Assembly: GCA_028534125.1 (NCBI GenBank)
Contig: CM052816.1
Span: 57,910,001 to 57,974,000, forward strand
DNA: 64,000 bases
Reading direction: 5' to 3'
DNA from: Lama glama
Taxonomy: Eukaryota
A program made the position numbers and the translations under genes. The notes beneath the pieces are model-generated. The model made no database searches. It was not told the DNA's origin and saw only the letters and a program-made list of their open reading frames with translations. Below, piece after piece: positions 36,701 through 49,784 of the stretch; position 1 is the first letter of the stretch; every line of letters starts with the position of its first letter.

Positions 36701-39700
36701 GTTTTTCAGTGACTTCTGTAGGAAGGTGACTAGATTTCTCCTCAGTAGGAGATTGGTAGTAAGGTGTGTGACCAGCACTGCCAGTCACAGACTGGGATGG
36801 AGACACCACTTCCAGGGTCTTATCCTCAGGACTGGCACAAGGTTCTTCAACTACTTCTTGGGTCACCTCAGGAGACACTGGAACTACTTCTGCTTCTGCT
36901 GAGACTTGAATTTCATTGGGTGTCAGAGAAAAGTTGACGCTTCGTTCACCCAGGGGGGTCTTTTCTATGGGTGATGGCGGAGATGGACTCAGGGAAGGGC
37001 TCTTGGGTGGACTGAGTTTTTCATCTGCAACTGCTGAGACCATGTCTTTGATCTCCAACATGGCACTGGCTCTCACGTCTTTCTCTTCAGAATAGTAGGC
37101 ATCACGCAGAGCAGATCTGCTAAATTTGTCTTCCTCCATGGATGAGGGTGGTGAGATGGTGGAGGCTGAAGCATTGTAATCCTTCCCATCAGTGGCATCT
37201 GTTTTTGACTCTTCAGACAGTCCGTTGAGTGATGTCACGGCAGGTTTGGGGTATTCCTGAGAATACAGTGCAGACTCGTATTTGGTGATGTTGACAAATT
37301 CTTGAGATGGGGACTCTGTCTCTTCATTGTTGGTCTCATCACTCATCACATCTCGAGGAGTGGACATCTCATCCATGGGGGTGGGCTCACTGGATATCTC
37401 AATGGTAGACTGAGTGTAGCCAGAGGTTGCAGTGAATTCTTCAGGCTGGTCTTCCCGATTCTCCTCATCAGAAGCCGTGGCCTCGCTCTCTGAACCTCCA
37501 GGGAGAGTCTCATCATGAATTGAAGATGCAGGTTCTTGGACAGGAGACTGGGCTCCCAATTGCTTGCTGGATGTGGTAAGGAATCCGTACTGATCCTCGG
37601 CACCACCAGCTTCTGCAGCCTTGTCAACCACAGCCATCACGTAGTCTTCAGCTTCAGCTTTCTCTGGCTCGTAGTCTTCCTCCCTGGCATCCTCGGCTTT
37701 GTCTTCCTCATCTCCCTCCTCCTCAGACAGTTCAGCTTCTCCCTTCTCCAGTGCCTCATCCATGTCTTCTTCTGCGCGGTCATCACCACTGGCCACAGAC
37801 GCCCGCTTCTCCCTGATGTGCACGTCCGCCTCAGCCTTGGCGCTTTCCTCCTCCTCCACCGGGCTGTGCTTGGAGGTGCTCTCACACACATTTTCTTCTG
37901 CGTCCTCTTCAGGCTCCTCAGCCTCCTCAGTTTCTGCCTTCTCTTCATAGTCTCCAGTCTCCGAGGACTCCTCAAAACCTGCTCCTTCATCCTCAAATTT
38001 TTCTGTGTCCTCCACCCCCTGCTTCTCGACTGGCTCCAGCTCCTCTGGGGTTTGCTCGCACTCACCCTCCCCTTCAGTGGTGGTGATTCCCTCATCGGGG
38101 GACTCGGCAGGACCTTTGATGACTTCTGTCTCTTTCTGGATGACGTAGGCTTCGACAGGCTCCGTTTCCTTGAGTTTCTCCTCATCTTCAATTAGCTCCA
38201 GCTGAGGCTTGATGTCTTTTGATACATCAACCTCTTCAGCCTTCAGCTCTTCAAAGTCCTTAGTCAGATCCTCAGGGGATGACATAAGGGACCTCTCAGC
38301 TTCGAGATCTTTGGCAGGGCCAGTGGTGGCCATTCCAGCTGCTGCTGCCACGGCGGCCACACTGGCAACAGCTGCAGCCTCTGCTGCCTTGCCTTCCTTC
38401 TTGACGACTTTAATTTTCCCCTTCTCCTTTGGCTTCCCAGCAGCAACAGAATCTTTCTTGACAGACTCTTCCTTCTTGGGTACTTTTGGTTTTAACGCAG
38501 CTGGTTTTTTTGCTTCAGGTACAGGAGTAGATGGTTTCTTTGTGTCTTTAGGAAGCTTCTTAATTTCCTTTTTGGGTTCCTTTTCCTCCTTTTTGATTTC
38601 CTTCTTTTCCTCCTTCTTAACTTCCTTCTTGGCTTCCTTCAGTGGGGTTTCCTTCTTAACCTCTTTTTTGGCTTCTTTTTTCTCTTCTTTCTTGACTTCT
38701 TTTTTGACCTCCTTCTTCACTTCTTCCTTTTTTGGTTTTTCTTCCTTCTTGATGGGTGTCTTGTCCTCCTTTTTAGCCACTTCTTTCTTTGGCTTTTCCT
38801 TTTCCTTCTCCTCTTTCTTTTCTTCAGGTTTTGCCTTTGTTTCTTTTTTCACCGTCTTCTCCTTGGCCACTTTGGGTTTGACGTCTGTGCCTTGTTTCTC
38901 AGCCCCCTCGGCTTTGACTGAAGGCAGCTCTTCTTTGCTGGGCACCTCCTTTTCGGCCACGGGAGGCTTGGTCTCTGTTTTTACTGGTTTGTCTTTTTTC
39001 ACTGTTACCTTTTCTTTGCTTTCCACTTTGGGTGGCTTTTCCACATGATTAGCTTTTGTGACTTCAGCGGTTTCTTCTTTTGACTCCTTTCGCACGGATT
39101 TGCTGGGAAGTGGTTTTGCAGCTGGCTTTAGACTCTCCCGGCTGTCAGCCCTCTGCTTCAGTTTTACTTGTTTCATGGCAGGAGTGGCCACCTGGCCAGT
39201 TAGCTCTTTCTGGGTGGCCAGGGGCTGTTTCAGGAAGTCTAAATGTTTGAGCTTTTCCAGTCCTTCCAGGATACTGTATTGGGTGCTGTTGCCGGGGAAC
39301 AGGACTCGGATGATCTTCTCTGCAGGGTTTGCTGGATGCCACACAATCAAAGAGGAGACCGAAGTTAAGTAGGAAATTGGGATATCTATTTCTTGCCCAT
39401 TAGGCAGGATTAGCTCAGCCTTGTCTTTGTTGGTGCCAGTCCACTGCTGCATAAAATACTGCATTTCCTTGCTGCTCTTGACTGGGTTAAGCACATACAT
39501 CTCGAGTTTACCAACTCCCATTTTTTGGAAGAGAATGACAGGCTCGATGGTGTTGCCTACACTTCTGAATAGAGGCTCTGGCCTCATGGACAATTTGTTT
39601 AGGTACTGGAGAGTGAAGCAGGCTTCTTCTATGCTTCTTTTCATCTTGATGTTTGGCTCGGGATTTTTCAGATTTTCAGGTACATTGAGAAAGACAACTC

Positions 39701-40253
39701 CTAAGTCAGGGGAAATGAGGTTTTTCATCCAGTCACTATTGGTGGTAGAGCCCTGGGACTGTTCTTCCTCCAGCTCGGCAATTTTCCGCTGGAGCATGCT
39801 GTTTATCCCCGGCAAATTGTCATCCCCAATGTGGGTGAGCAGGATGGAGTCTACGCGGTCCAAGTGTCGGATGAGCTTCCAGAAGCAGGATTTTCTTTCT
39901 GATCCTCCGTTGATGAGCATATTGAATCCATTCACTGCAAACAATGCAGAATCGCCCCTCCCTCCTGGAAAAATGTAACAGCAGGGCTTGGAGAGCTTTA
40001 GAAATCCACCTGATGTGGGAGGTTCTAGAATATCAAAGGGTGATGGGACTTCCACTGATTCTGAGAGATACTCGGTAAACTCGGAAAGTCCTTCCATTTC
40101 TGGCAATATAGAAGCAGAGTTGAGTTTGATATTGATGAAGTCTTGGAGATTGTGTCTGTCAAGATTGGAGTTCTTCCAGTCCCCTTCTTCGGGACAGAAC
40201 AGGGTTAAGCTGGCTTTGTTGGCAGGATGGGTGGTACTCAGTAATTCCCCAAT
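33758..40253 (-). CDS. MAP1B: MAP1B exon 5 (6496 nt; most of the heavy chain and the start of light chain LC1)
   Basis: atcccag|ATT GGG (IGELLSTTHP) ... GCT G|gtaggt; contains the 2124-aa ORF with the conserved MAP1 N-terminal region, KKEE/KKEV domain, acidic region, SP-rich phospho-region and 17-aa repeats. Confidence 0.99.
34554..35168 (-). repeat. Twelve imperfect 17-aa (51-nt) MAP1B coding repeats
   Basis: Units such as GYSYETIEKTTKTPEDG and GYAYEITEKTTQSPEES; 205 codons, about 12x17. Confidence 0.92.
38540..38870 (-). repeat. KKEE/KKEV/KKEI low-complexity microtubule-binding repeat region of MAP1B
   Basis: KKEEVKKEVKKEVKKEEKKEAKKEVKKE... in the translation; TC-rich low complexity on +. 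Confidence 0.9.
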
Positions 40254-43229
40254 CTGGGATGTAAGAAAATAAGAGAAAAAGAAAGGTTTAAGTGACTGTC
40301 ATCACTGATCCATCCTCACCAGGTGTTACAAGATCACTGGGTGCACTCAGGGCTGATGTCAGAGATGCTAGTTGGTATTTCCATACTGATAAGTTAACAG
40401 CCTATCCCAACTGCTTTTACCATCCCCTTCTGCCTCAACTCCCTGCCCCTGCCCCCACCCCAACTCCAAGCACCTCCCCCTGAGACCACCATCTGCTTTT
40501 GCCCAGAGGGGAGCTTCAGAACTCTGCTCCAGTTCTAAGACCAGTGACCATCTGGATGATCAGTGCCTGTGCAGTTGTGAAATACTTTGGATACCACCCC
40601 TGGGTACTTGCCATGCAAAAATGCCCTTTAAAAAATATTCAGCTATCACAGGGGAAGGCTAGGTGAGTCATTTCACCACTGATATAAAACGTTTTCTTTT
40701 ACTCCACTGGGCTTGGTGATGACACATTAAAGGAATTTAGATAAAGTGCACATGTTGTCGATTTTTAGAATTTGGTTGGTAGAGAAGAAAAAAGGTTGGT
40801 GGGGGTTTCTGCCCCTTGGAGACAGGAAGTTATAGATTGTACACCACTACAAAAAAGTACTGGCATCGGTTCATACTGTTTAAAATATGAGTGGTTCATC
40901 CAGCAGATTCTCTGCAAATGCAGACACTTTGAAACCATGATGATTAGAGCAATGGGTAATTATGTGAGTAAGTGGCCAAGTTTGTCCCCCATTTGCTCAC
41001 ATTTAAGTCCAGGATGAGATATTGTACTCTTCTGCTACTCCTATTCTTTTCAGAGCAAGCTGGGTTTGAGTGGCTAAGATCAAATTTGATGCAAAACTTT
41101 TTCTACATATTGTTTAGTACCACAAGATGGGAAAGAAGAGCTAACTGGGACCAAAACAGAGATTGTGGCTTAATGAAAATGTTGTTTTCTTTCTCACTCT
41201 ATCTTATGGCCCTATGTCTCATGGTCTTAGCCTAGTAGACAGCAAGAGACAATCATGCCATAAGCTCCACTCTTCCTTCAGTTGCATCAAAGCTCAGAGT
41301 TTCCAGTGAAAAGAGCTCTGTGTCCTTGATGGTAAATGATGAAAGGGCAAAGATTTCTCTTGGTCCAGGCATCCCTGATCAAGTGGGTCTAAACTTTTCC
41401 CTTCCAATATTAGAGTGGTTTTCTCCATCTCATACCGACATTCCTGGGTATCAACATTCTGAGGCTACTAGTGTGAATGTTTAGAAGGGTGAATTTTCCA
41501 ATGTTGGATTGCAGTAAAAGAGCCATTTTTTTGTTAGCGTATTGGTCCTGTGTTTTATGCAAAGAGTCACAAAATAGCAAAACAAGTCTTTCTTGGACTT
41601 TGCTGTTTTCCTCTCAGTTAATGTGACAACTTCCCATAAAAGGGGTAAGAATCAACTATTTTAGATGCTAAGAAAACTGAAAAAGCAAATGGTAGCCATC
41701 TGTGGGGGAATCTCTGCTCAAATTATTTGCTGACCAAAGCAAACATGAGCACCAAACATGATTTCTTGTCCAGTCATTAGCGCAGGCCCTCGTCACCTTT
41801 ACAAATACAGTTATGCTGCTCTCTATCCTAAGTTTCACAGGGAGCACATGCAAACTACTCATGTCCTATAACACATTTTAGAGAAAGACTCTAGGATATA
41901 GCAAACCGTTGAGACTTTAATATTGAAATTTAAAAATTAAGTTTACTTAATTTTAATTTTTGAAATTCCACCTTGAGGAGGGTGGTAGCTAAGGGTACGA
42001 TCCAGCAGTCAGTCATTAGCTCTTTTTATGTGAAATATGTCATCACCAAGATCAAAGAAAAAGTCAAAAGACTTGAGGAATACCTCACCTCTACCCAGAG
42101 AGTTTCTGTGCAAGGAAGGAGATGAGCCCCAAAGAAAACAAGGCCACACAGAATTCTGAGGAAGTCAGGTATCGACAAACAGCAGAGAGGCTGGTGAATG
42201 GAAAACTATGATGTACAAGGAAGAGCAGAAAAGAAAGTCGGCACTGCTGGTCAGGTTTCTTTTCAGTGAGAGAAAACCAGTTCCTTTGGAAAAGCAACAG
42301 GGTACAGTGCATGAGACGAGAAGGCCGTCTCAGGCTGCAGAGAGCCTGTCATGAAGCAGACAGATGGAAACCGTCAGGGAGGAGGAGGAGGAACAACTGC
42401 TAAGACCTGGGAGCTACAGAGCAGAAACAAAACTTCCACTTCCCCCCCAGAGCTGGCTTCCAGACCTGTGCACCAGCACACGCTGTGGAGAGTGAGGGCC
42501 TCAAGGGCAAAGAATGGGTCTTCTGTGGGCCTGCTCGGTCAGCGCTTATTCATGGAACACAGAACAGTGAGGCAGAGCCACCAATGTGAGTAGCGGCAGG
42601 CAAACTGGGGCTTCCGCTAAAAGACTTTGGAAATCATCTAGTAAATGGTAGCTGGTAGAACCCATTATATTAAAAGTTCCTGAATAGGAGGAAACACATC
42701 TTCCATATCTCCATACCATTGCTATCTTTGTTTCCCCAGTACATCATCAGGCTCCAGAGGTGTCTGCTGACCCTCGTTGAATTTGGCCAATTCAGTACAA
42801 GCTATCCTGCACTGGACACTTGGGAAGCGACCAGGGCCTGCTAGTACTTCTCAAGCATACCAACTGCTACCCTCCCTTTGTGCTTACAAAGATGGGTGGG
42901 AGGGAGACAGGACTGAAAGAAATACTGCTTGGGGCAAAGAGTCTTTTTTGTTAATTACCTTTCCTAATTAAATGCAGGCATGCTGGAAGAGGAAGGAAGA
43001 TAGAGGAAATAAACGACTTTACTGCAGATAATATTAATGAAGTAAGATCTGAAGTTTTAAACCATAGCCTACTAACTACATTTCCTTTTTTGATTAGGTT
43101 ATTTGCTTGACTAATGAGGAAATACAGCAGGCGGACTATCTGGGTTTTAGCAAGACGTTTAACAGGCTCTCTGAACAGTGTGATAGCAGAATCGGGGAGG
43201 CTTTGTAGCCAGCCATGCAAATCCTGCTG

Positions 43230-44520
43230 CTTAGCATCAACCTAGAGGGAGGTCCAGGGCAGGCTGCCTCAGGGCTCCTTTACGTCCTGTTGAGTACTGA
43301 CTTGGATACAAGTGGTGAAGGCATGCTTATCAAATCTGTGAATGGCATGAAAATGGAAGGCATAGCAGAATGTGGGATGGCAGAATTAAGACATTTAGGG
43401 AAGCTCCTGATATTGGGATAATGATGGCTATACCATCTCTAACGCGAGGCATTCTAAAGGGATAAATGTAAGGTCCAATAAACCAGCTGGGAAAGCAGGA
43501 TTGGGAGATTGCAGCTTATCAACAATATCCATGGAAAAGACTAGGGGATTTTAGTTGACAGTCAAGTGGATTTACCATAAAGCTAAAGAACCTTAAATGT
43601 CAAGGCTCCTCACTGGCCTGGGCCCCCTCCCAAAGTCCTGTACTTAATTGTGTATTAATAATTTAGTTTTCTTTTTGTTAAAGGGAACCTCCCCACCAAA
43701 CTTTGTAGATCAGAGTTCCTCGGAGCCTACATCCCCTCCTTGCTGACATTTAATTGTGGATAGTGACGATCGAAAGTTACTTTTAGACTTATTGAATAGA
43801 AGATTATATTGAAAACTATAGAAGTCACTGGCTCTCACAATCCTAGTCAGTGATCTCTGGAGTATGGTGTCCACTGTGAGTCGTAACATTTTAAAGAAAC
43901 TGGACCAAAAACAAGTTGAAATTGCTGGCTCCTTCTTCTTGGCCTTAACCGCTAAATGCTACCCCTGGGCCCCTTTCTCTTCTAATGCATTTCTCCCCCT
44001 AGGTTACATCATCTATTTTCTGGTGTGCTGATGGCTTCCACATTAGTATCTCCAGCCCACTCTTAGCTCCCCGTGCTCTGGACTCCTCCATCTGTTTGAT
44101 AACACCAAGGCACTGAGACGTGGCCTAGACTGAGCTCCTGCATTTCCCCCACCCTGTGCCTCCTGCCTGCAATGGAACAGGTTTGAAGGACAGTGACCAG
44201 AGAATGTAAAGAACTTTTAACATCTTGTTTTATGAAGAACAGTGGGTAGAACTGAAAAGGTTTAATCTGGAGGGGGAAAAAAAGCTGGCAGGCTCAGTGA
44301 AGAGTGTCTAAGACACTGTCAGATGGAAAAGTGATCACGTTCGTTTCTGGAAGATACGATGAGACAAGTAAGGAAAAACTTTCTAACAGAGAGACTAAAA
44401 AATGTCCCCAGGAGATGGTGATTTCACCATCCTCAGATTTCGGGGAGGGATGGATTTGCCAGATGACTGTTCTAGCAAAGGGTCTGGTTTTGAATTTGAC
44501 CTCCAATGACTAAGACTCCC
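43230..44520 (+). mobile_element. LINE-3/CR1 remnant interrupted by a MER53-like element and probably an L2 fragment
   Basis: tgacttggat...atgcttatcaaatctgtgaatggcatgaaa, gggataaatgtaaggtcc, ggaaaaactttctaaca are CR1/L3-like motifs. Confidence 0.6.
43565..43742. mobile_element. MER53-like hAT MITE
   Basis: ggatttaccataaagctaaag...cctcactggcctgggcccc...cctgtacttaattgtgtatt. Confidence 0.7.
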
Positions 44521-47153
44521 CAAACCTGAAGCTTAAAATGCACTGATAATTCTACTTTTCGGTCCATTTACTTTTAGCTGTTCTTGTTTAAAAATGTGTC
44601 ATTTTTGTTTTTTCCCAAATTGTGTTTCTAGTTTCTCTGGATTGATACATAGCATGTATCAAGGACTAAATAAGAGGAACAAAAGGAGACACCAAACGGC
44701 CTTTAAGATCCATCCCTTAGTTACCCTTCCAAAGCAACAATAGGCAATTACAGCTCTAAAGGCCTGGTAACTACTGGCCTAGTCCAGGGATTTCCAATCC
44801 ACTTTGGCTGTGGCATCCTTTCATCAAAGTCCACAATGTCAAAAAGCTAAAGGCCTAGGTGCTCTGGTTGAGACAAGAGGAATAGAGTGAATTCTACCCA
44901 ATGTCTTCCCCTTCTCTTCTCTTCTCCCACCAGCCCTGACACCGCTGACCTAGTCTGTAAGGGAAAACTCTAGAGAGCCTTCAGCAGGTGTTGTGCATTA
45001 CTCTCTCCAAAGCATCTGGGTAGGGGTTACAGGGCTGGCAGAGGAGAACAGGACAGAGCCTCTGGCTTTATGACATCTGCCTGGTGTAATGAAAACACAT
45101 GCCCTTCCAAACCTGCCCCAGTGATTAGAACACTGGAGAATCTGCCCTTGGGTGGAACACCTATTTTCTAGTTAAGGCAATTGCTTTTTCTTCTGTAATT
45201 AGTGGTAAATGCTAATACACGCAGTCCACTGTGCTAAAATTCTGCTTTCATGGACTAGTCAAAATGACTTAAGCGGCAATATTCACAACACTATGCCTTA
45301 TTAAAAGATAGATATTATTTGGGGTCCTGATGGGTGGATTGTGATAACCTCTGTATTTAAAATTCTGGCAATGACAAACCCTTTCCTTTATGTATGTCCT
45401 CTGCTCTATTTTACTGCAAACAAACTAGTGACATGGGGGTAAAAACCAACCACTAGGAACTAACTGTGGAAGTACACAGGAATGTAGCAGAAGCACCCGT
45501 GTGCATATAAATGAGCTGAAGGTTCAGGCCTAAAGCAAGTCCATGAACCACCTACCCGTGTTACTAGGCCACGGGGCTATTTCCAGCTCTCTGCAGCTCT
45601 CTCCCTTGCCCGAGGCAATAGTGTGTGTGACCTCTGAGCTACCAGACAAATGCCCAACTCTCTCTGGGCACAACATGAATAGGGGGACACAATCTTGCAG
45701 AAGAGTCTGATGTTGCCAACTTCAAGGCAGCAGGCAGAGTGAGAATCAGAGCACTGGCTTGGGAATCTCAATGCAGCTAAACAAGGTTGTACCCAGCCTT
45801 TCCTGCATGTGGGTGCAATGGCTACAAGGCGAATAAGACATGCAGTGTGAACTCTGGCAGCCTTGGAGGGAAACAGACAATAACCCTGCAGAAAGACAGG
45901 GCGAAAGCCCTCACTTTGAAGTGGTCAAGATGGCTTTCTTGCTGTGGGGAGCTAGGGCTGTCTGCCTCAGGACCAGATGACATCACACCTTCTGAAAGCT
46001 AGGGTTTCAAACGCTAAGTAAAATGTTCCTTTTTAGTCCCCCCAGTGAGTGAAGACTGAAACGTGGTGATGTCATCTGACCCGTCTTTTTACAGAAAGCC
46101 TCCAGGTGAGCCTAACGAAGCTGGGTGATTTGTTTATAGCTCCTGCCAGTGAGGGAAAGTACACAGAGACCTCTCTGGGAAGTGCAGGGCTAAGGAGGAG
46201 TTAAGTGCAGAAAGACAGATGGCCCCTCCCAACACCCACGAGACTGAGAGGCCACCATCTCGGGAAGTTCTCAGGGAGATGGTTTTAAATTGATATGGTG
46301 GTAACCCGTCCTTGTCAGCTCATCCCTCAACCTCTGCATGTGGAAAATCTGTCAGGCCCAGTCTGCGGAGGTGACAGCTCTGAATTGTGGCTGTCAACTA
46401 TAAACGAATAAGCAAAATGAAAGAGGCACGTGATTTTGGAAAGATGTTTCCCAACGGGATCAAGTCTCAAGCAGAAATAACCGAATTAAACATCTCTGCT
46501 CTGATTCTATCCAAAGACCACTAACATCACAGAATTTTCATTGCTTCACGTGCATCATCCTTGAATAAACTATTCATTAAAAATATTAAAGATCAGGCTT
46601 TGGTTCAGCAACTTTAACTATCTTTTTCTTGGGGCATGGCACATCCCATTTTCCTACATGCCTCCCTTTCTTGGGCTGTTCAAGCAGCCCAGTTCAAACA
46701 TTGGGACCAGGCATTAAAAGTACGAGAAATCAGAAATAATTAGACCAGAAAAAGTAAGCACGTGTACTGAAAGAGATTAAGGCAGTTAAATCCTAACCCA
46801 AATCCAAGAGATCTTGGGAGTATTCTTTCAGACAACAGGAAACCTGGGCTTTCTTTTCGACTTCAAGTTTCTCCAGCATCTTTGCCATCTGTAAATTGCT
46901 GGCTGTTCCAACCCCTCCTCCATCTGTGTCTCGGGCACATTCAGAATGGTTCCAATTAATTACAGATGAGTGCTTGAAACCCTCCTGGTGCTGAGCCACA
47001 GAACCATGGTACGCTGGGTCACGCAGTTGTGCTATTTCAGTATGACAGCCCCTCCCCTTCTCCGGGCTCCCGCGAGCACTTTCAAAGAGGAGCCTAAGGC
47101 CACAACAATAACCAAGCAACTGTGAAGCTTGAATACTACCAGACAGAGCTTAC

Positions 47154-47294
47154 CTCTTGATCAGTAAAAATCTCTATGAAGTTCTGGAAGGAGAAAGAGC
47201 CGGACTGGAGAATGAGCTCTCCGGTATTTTCAAAGCACTGCCCAGTCAGCACGAGCAGCTTGTGTCGGGCGGCGTCTGTGATCATTAAGCGCAC
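47154..47294 (-). CDS. MAP1B: MAP1B exon 4
   Basis: ttttag|GTG...GAG|gtaagc; 141 nt; VRLMITDAARHKLLVLTGQCFENTGELILQSGSFSFQNFIEIFTDQE. Confidence 0.97.
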
Positions 47295-48364
47295 CTAAAA
47301 CAAAGCAAAGGAGCAGGACATGAGCCGTGGGGAGCCCCGACAGCCCGCCTTCAGCATGGAGCTGGCCCTTGGAGCACTTGAAGTTTCTTACCTGCAAAAA
47401 TCATCCATTCCCCAGTATTCAAATTTCCCCTGGGGCATTGGACAGAGCCAATGACTGTGGTCATCAGCTGCCCATGAATGCTATCTTCCAAGATGGGCTA
47501 GAACCACCATAGTAGCAGGAGTTGACTTTCTCCCCTTAGTTTCTTTGTCTTTTTCAAAGCAGTCTCCACAGCTGGTGATCATTTGTTCCACAGCCGTGTC
47601 TGCTAGCAGCATGTGGTCTGGGAGCCACGAAAATCTCACAGGCTGACTCACGAAGTACAGTCCAGGTCCCCCAACTGCTGCCTCAGGAAACAGGGTTCCA
47701 ACTAGGGTCCAAGTCAGTCCCTCCCACCCAGGACCCCTTTCCTTCCAAACCATACACCAAACACACAGCTCCAAGAGCAGCCTCCAGTGGGATCAGCTAG
47801 GTGCCTAACATTGAACTTGAACTTAAACAAAAGGCTGTCCTGATTGGGAATCTTTTAAATAGAGTTGTAAATGGCTTGCACAAAAGAGCTCTGTTCTTTA
47901 AGTGGCAGAGAGCCAGCCTGTCCTTCAGCAGAAACACCACTCCAAGCACCAAGGTGTTCATTTGGGCCCAGCTCAGTTCAGCACAAACTGACTGCCAGGC
48001 ACCATGCTAGGCACTAAGGGAGGGATGCACGGTAAACAGGACATTGCCCCTGCCCAAGAATGCCACAGTCTGACCAAGGAAACACACATGTACCAAAGCA
48101 ACTGTTCCAGCCCCATATGCTCCACAGGCGAGCCTGGGTTCCTTAAAGAAATTCCTTATTTTTTCCTTCTCCATTTCTCACAGCTGTTCGAGGCAATCTG
48201 CCTGCACGTTTCATCCTTCAGCTTTTCTCAAGTTGTATTTACTTCCTGATTCTGTTGGCCAGAGATCGCTAGCCCACCACTTGCTGCAACCTTGTGCACT
48301 CACGGATTGTCTAAGAGGTCCTGCTGATCCGGAGCAGACAAGTGGGATCAAAACAGGCTACATG

Positions 48365-48800
48365 ATGAGAGCCAAGAAGTGGATGCAACCCCAATGTGTA
48401 CCAACCGGCAAATGGATAAACAAAAGTGCACACACACGATGGAATAGTATTCTATAAAAGGGAATGAAGTACTGATACAGGCTACAATGTGGATGACCAT
48501 TGAAAACATTATGTAAAGTGAAATAAATGAAGCCATATATTGTATTATTCTATTATCTGAAAATATTCAGAACAGGAAAATCCACAGAGGCAAAAAGACT
48601 AATGGTTGCCAATGGTTGGGGCAGTGGGGAGAGACCAAATGACTGCTAATGGGCTTGGGGTTTTCAGAGGGTGATGGACATGTTCAGGAATTAAATAGTG
48701 ATGATAGTTACATGATACTGTGAATATACCAAAACCCAATGAATTGCATACTTTAAAAAGGTGGATTTTATGGTGTGTGAATTCCATCTCAATTTTTAAA
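48365..48800 (+). mobile_element. Old LINE-1 3' fragment (L1MB-like)
   Basis: aatggataaacaaaa...aatgaagtactgatacaggctacaatgtggatga...ggattttatggtgtgtgaattccatctcaat. Confidence 0.8.
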
Positions 48801-49069
48801 AACAAGCTATAGCCAGAGATGCTCAGCATGGGCAGAAGAGATGCTGTGGATAATGGAGGCCCCCGGCCACATGGCTATTCTAATGTCTATTATCCTAAGA
48901 AGTAGCTCAATCTCAAAGGTACCAAACAGCAATAAAAACAGTGGGAAATGAAGATGCATCAATGCTTCTGGCCTGGGTGACCAGGGATTCTCAGTGTCAG
49001 CCTGGTTCCTAAACAGTAGGTTCTGAAATAACCACTCCCTCTGGCAACAATTTCATATGGTGCTAGTAA

Positions 49070-49290
49070 AATATTAATAAGAAGAACAGCCAACATTTAG
49101 GTTTCAGTTGTCGTGTGCCATGCTCTGTTCTAAGCACTTGACACTTCTAGGCACAATGTTAAATGGAGGCGCTATTATGATCTCCATTTCACAGAGGTGG
49201 AAACTGAGAGAGAAGAGACAGTAAATTACCTGCCCAAGGCCACCATCTAAGTGGCAGAACCCAGGCCATGCCTCTGACCCTTTGCTATCC
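49070..49290 (-). mobile_element. MIR SINE
   Basis: tgtgccatgctctgttctaagcact...ccatttcacagaggtggaaactgag...cctgcccaaggccac. Confidence 0.7.
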
Positions 49291-49701
49291 TTTTACAGTG
49301 ATAAGGGGGTGGGCAGGATGGCTCTGAAGGAGGCTTGCATCTGAGAATCCATTTTTCTCCAAATTTGGGTCATGTATGTCTCAGCCTGAGGGCTCACAGT
49401 CTATTTCTCCTGCTCCATCCCAGCCAGACGCCATCCCAGCAACACACTATCCATGTCTATCCGACATTCCACACCCCCTTGCCTCTGCAAAACCCTCCAG
49501 TTCTGGCCAGCATCCTCCACTCTGTCCTTATTGAAAGGGACAGTCTAGGATGGTACGGATGCAGAGAAGCAGCCACTGACCAGGAAGCATCCTGGACCCA
49601 GAACATCTCTCTCCCTTGTCCCTCGCGCCACCTGCCCCAGCCCCCTGGGTCTCCTTCCACTGTGTGAGGCTCTGCCTGAGCCCATGGAGCCAGGTGCTTA
49701 C

Positions 49702-49784
49702 CTCAGTGCTGACTGCTTCATCTGAGGGGTTGATCAGGACCACTGTTTCTAAAACGTCACTTCGGTGATGCAGGATCTTTTGTC
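49702..49784 (-). CDS. MAP1B: MAP1B exon 3
   Basis: Minus strand ctgcag|GA CAA AAG...ACT GAG|gtaagc; 83 nt; (G)QKILHHRSDVLETVVLINPSDEAVSTE. Confidence 0.97.

Noticed and set aside
33781..39978. Long + strand ORFs antisense to MAP1B exon 5 (264, 219, 279 and 185 aa)
   Set aside because: Shadow ORFs from the biased codon content of a K/E/S-rich coding exon; F/S/L-rich low-complexity translations with no splice or promoter support
33732..40106. 2124-aa ORF as a standalone intronless gene
   Set aside because: Its start is a non-ATG codon inside exon 5 and its end runs through the donor at 33757; the true bounds are 40253-33758
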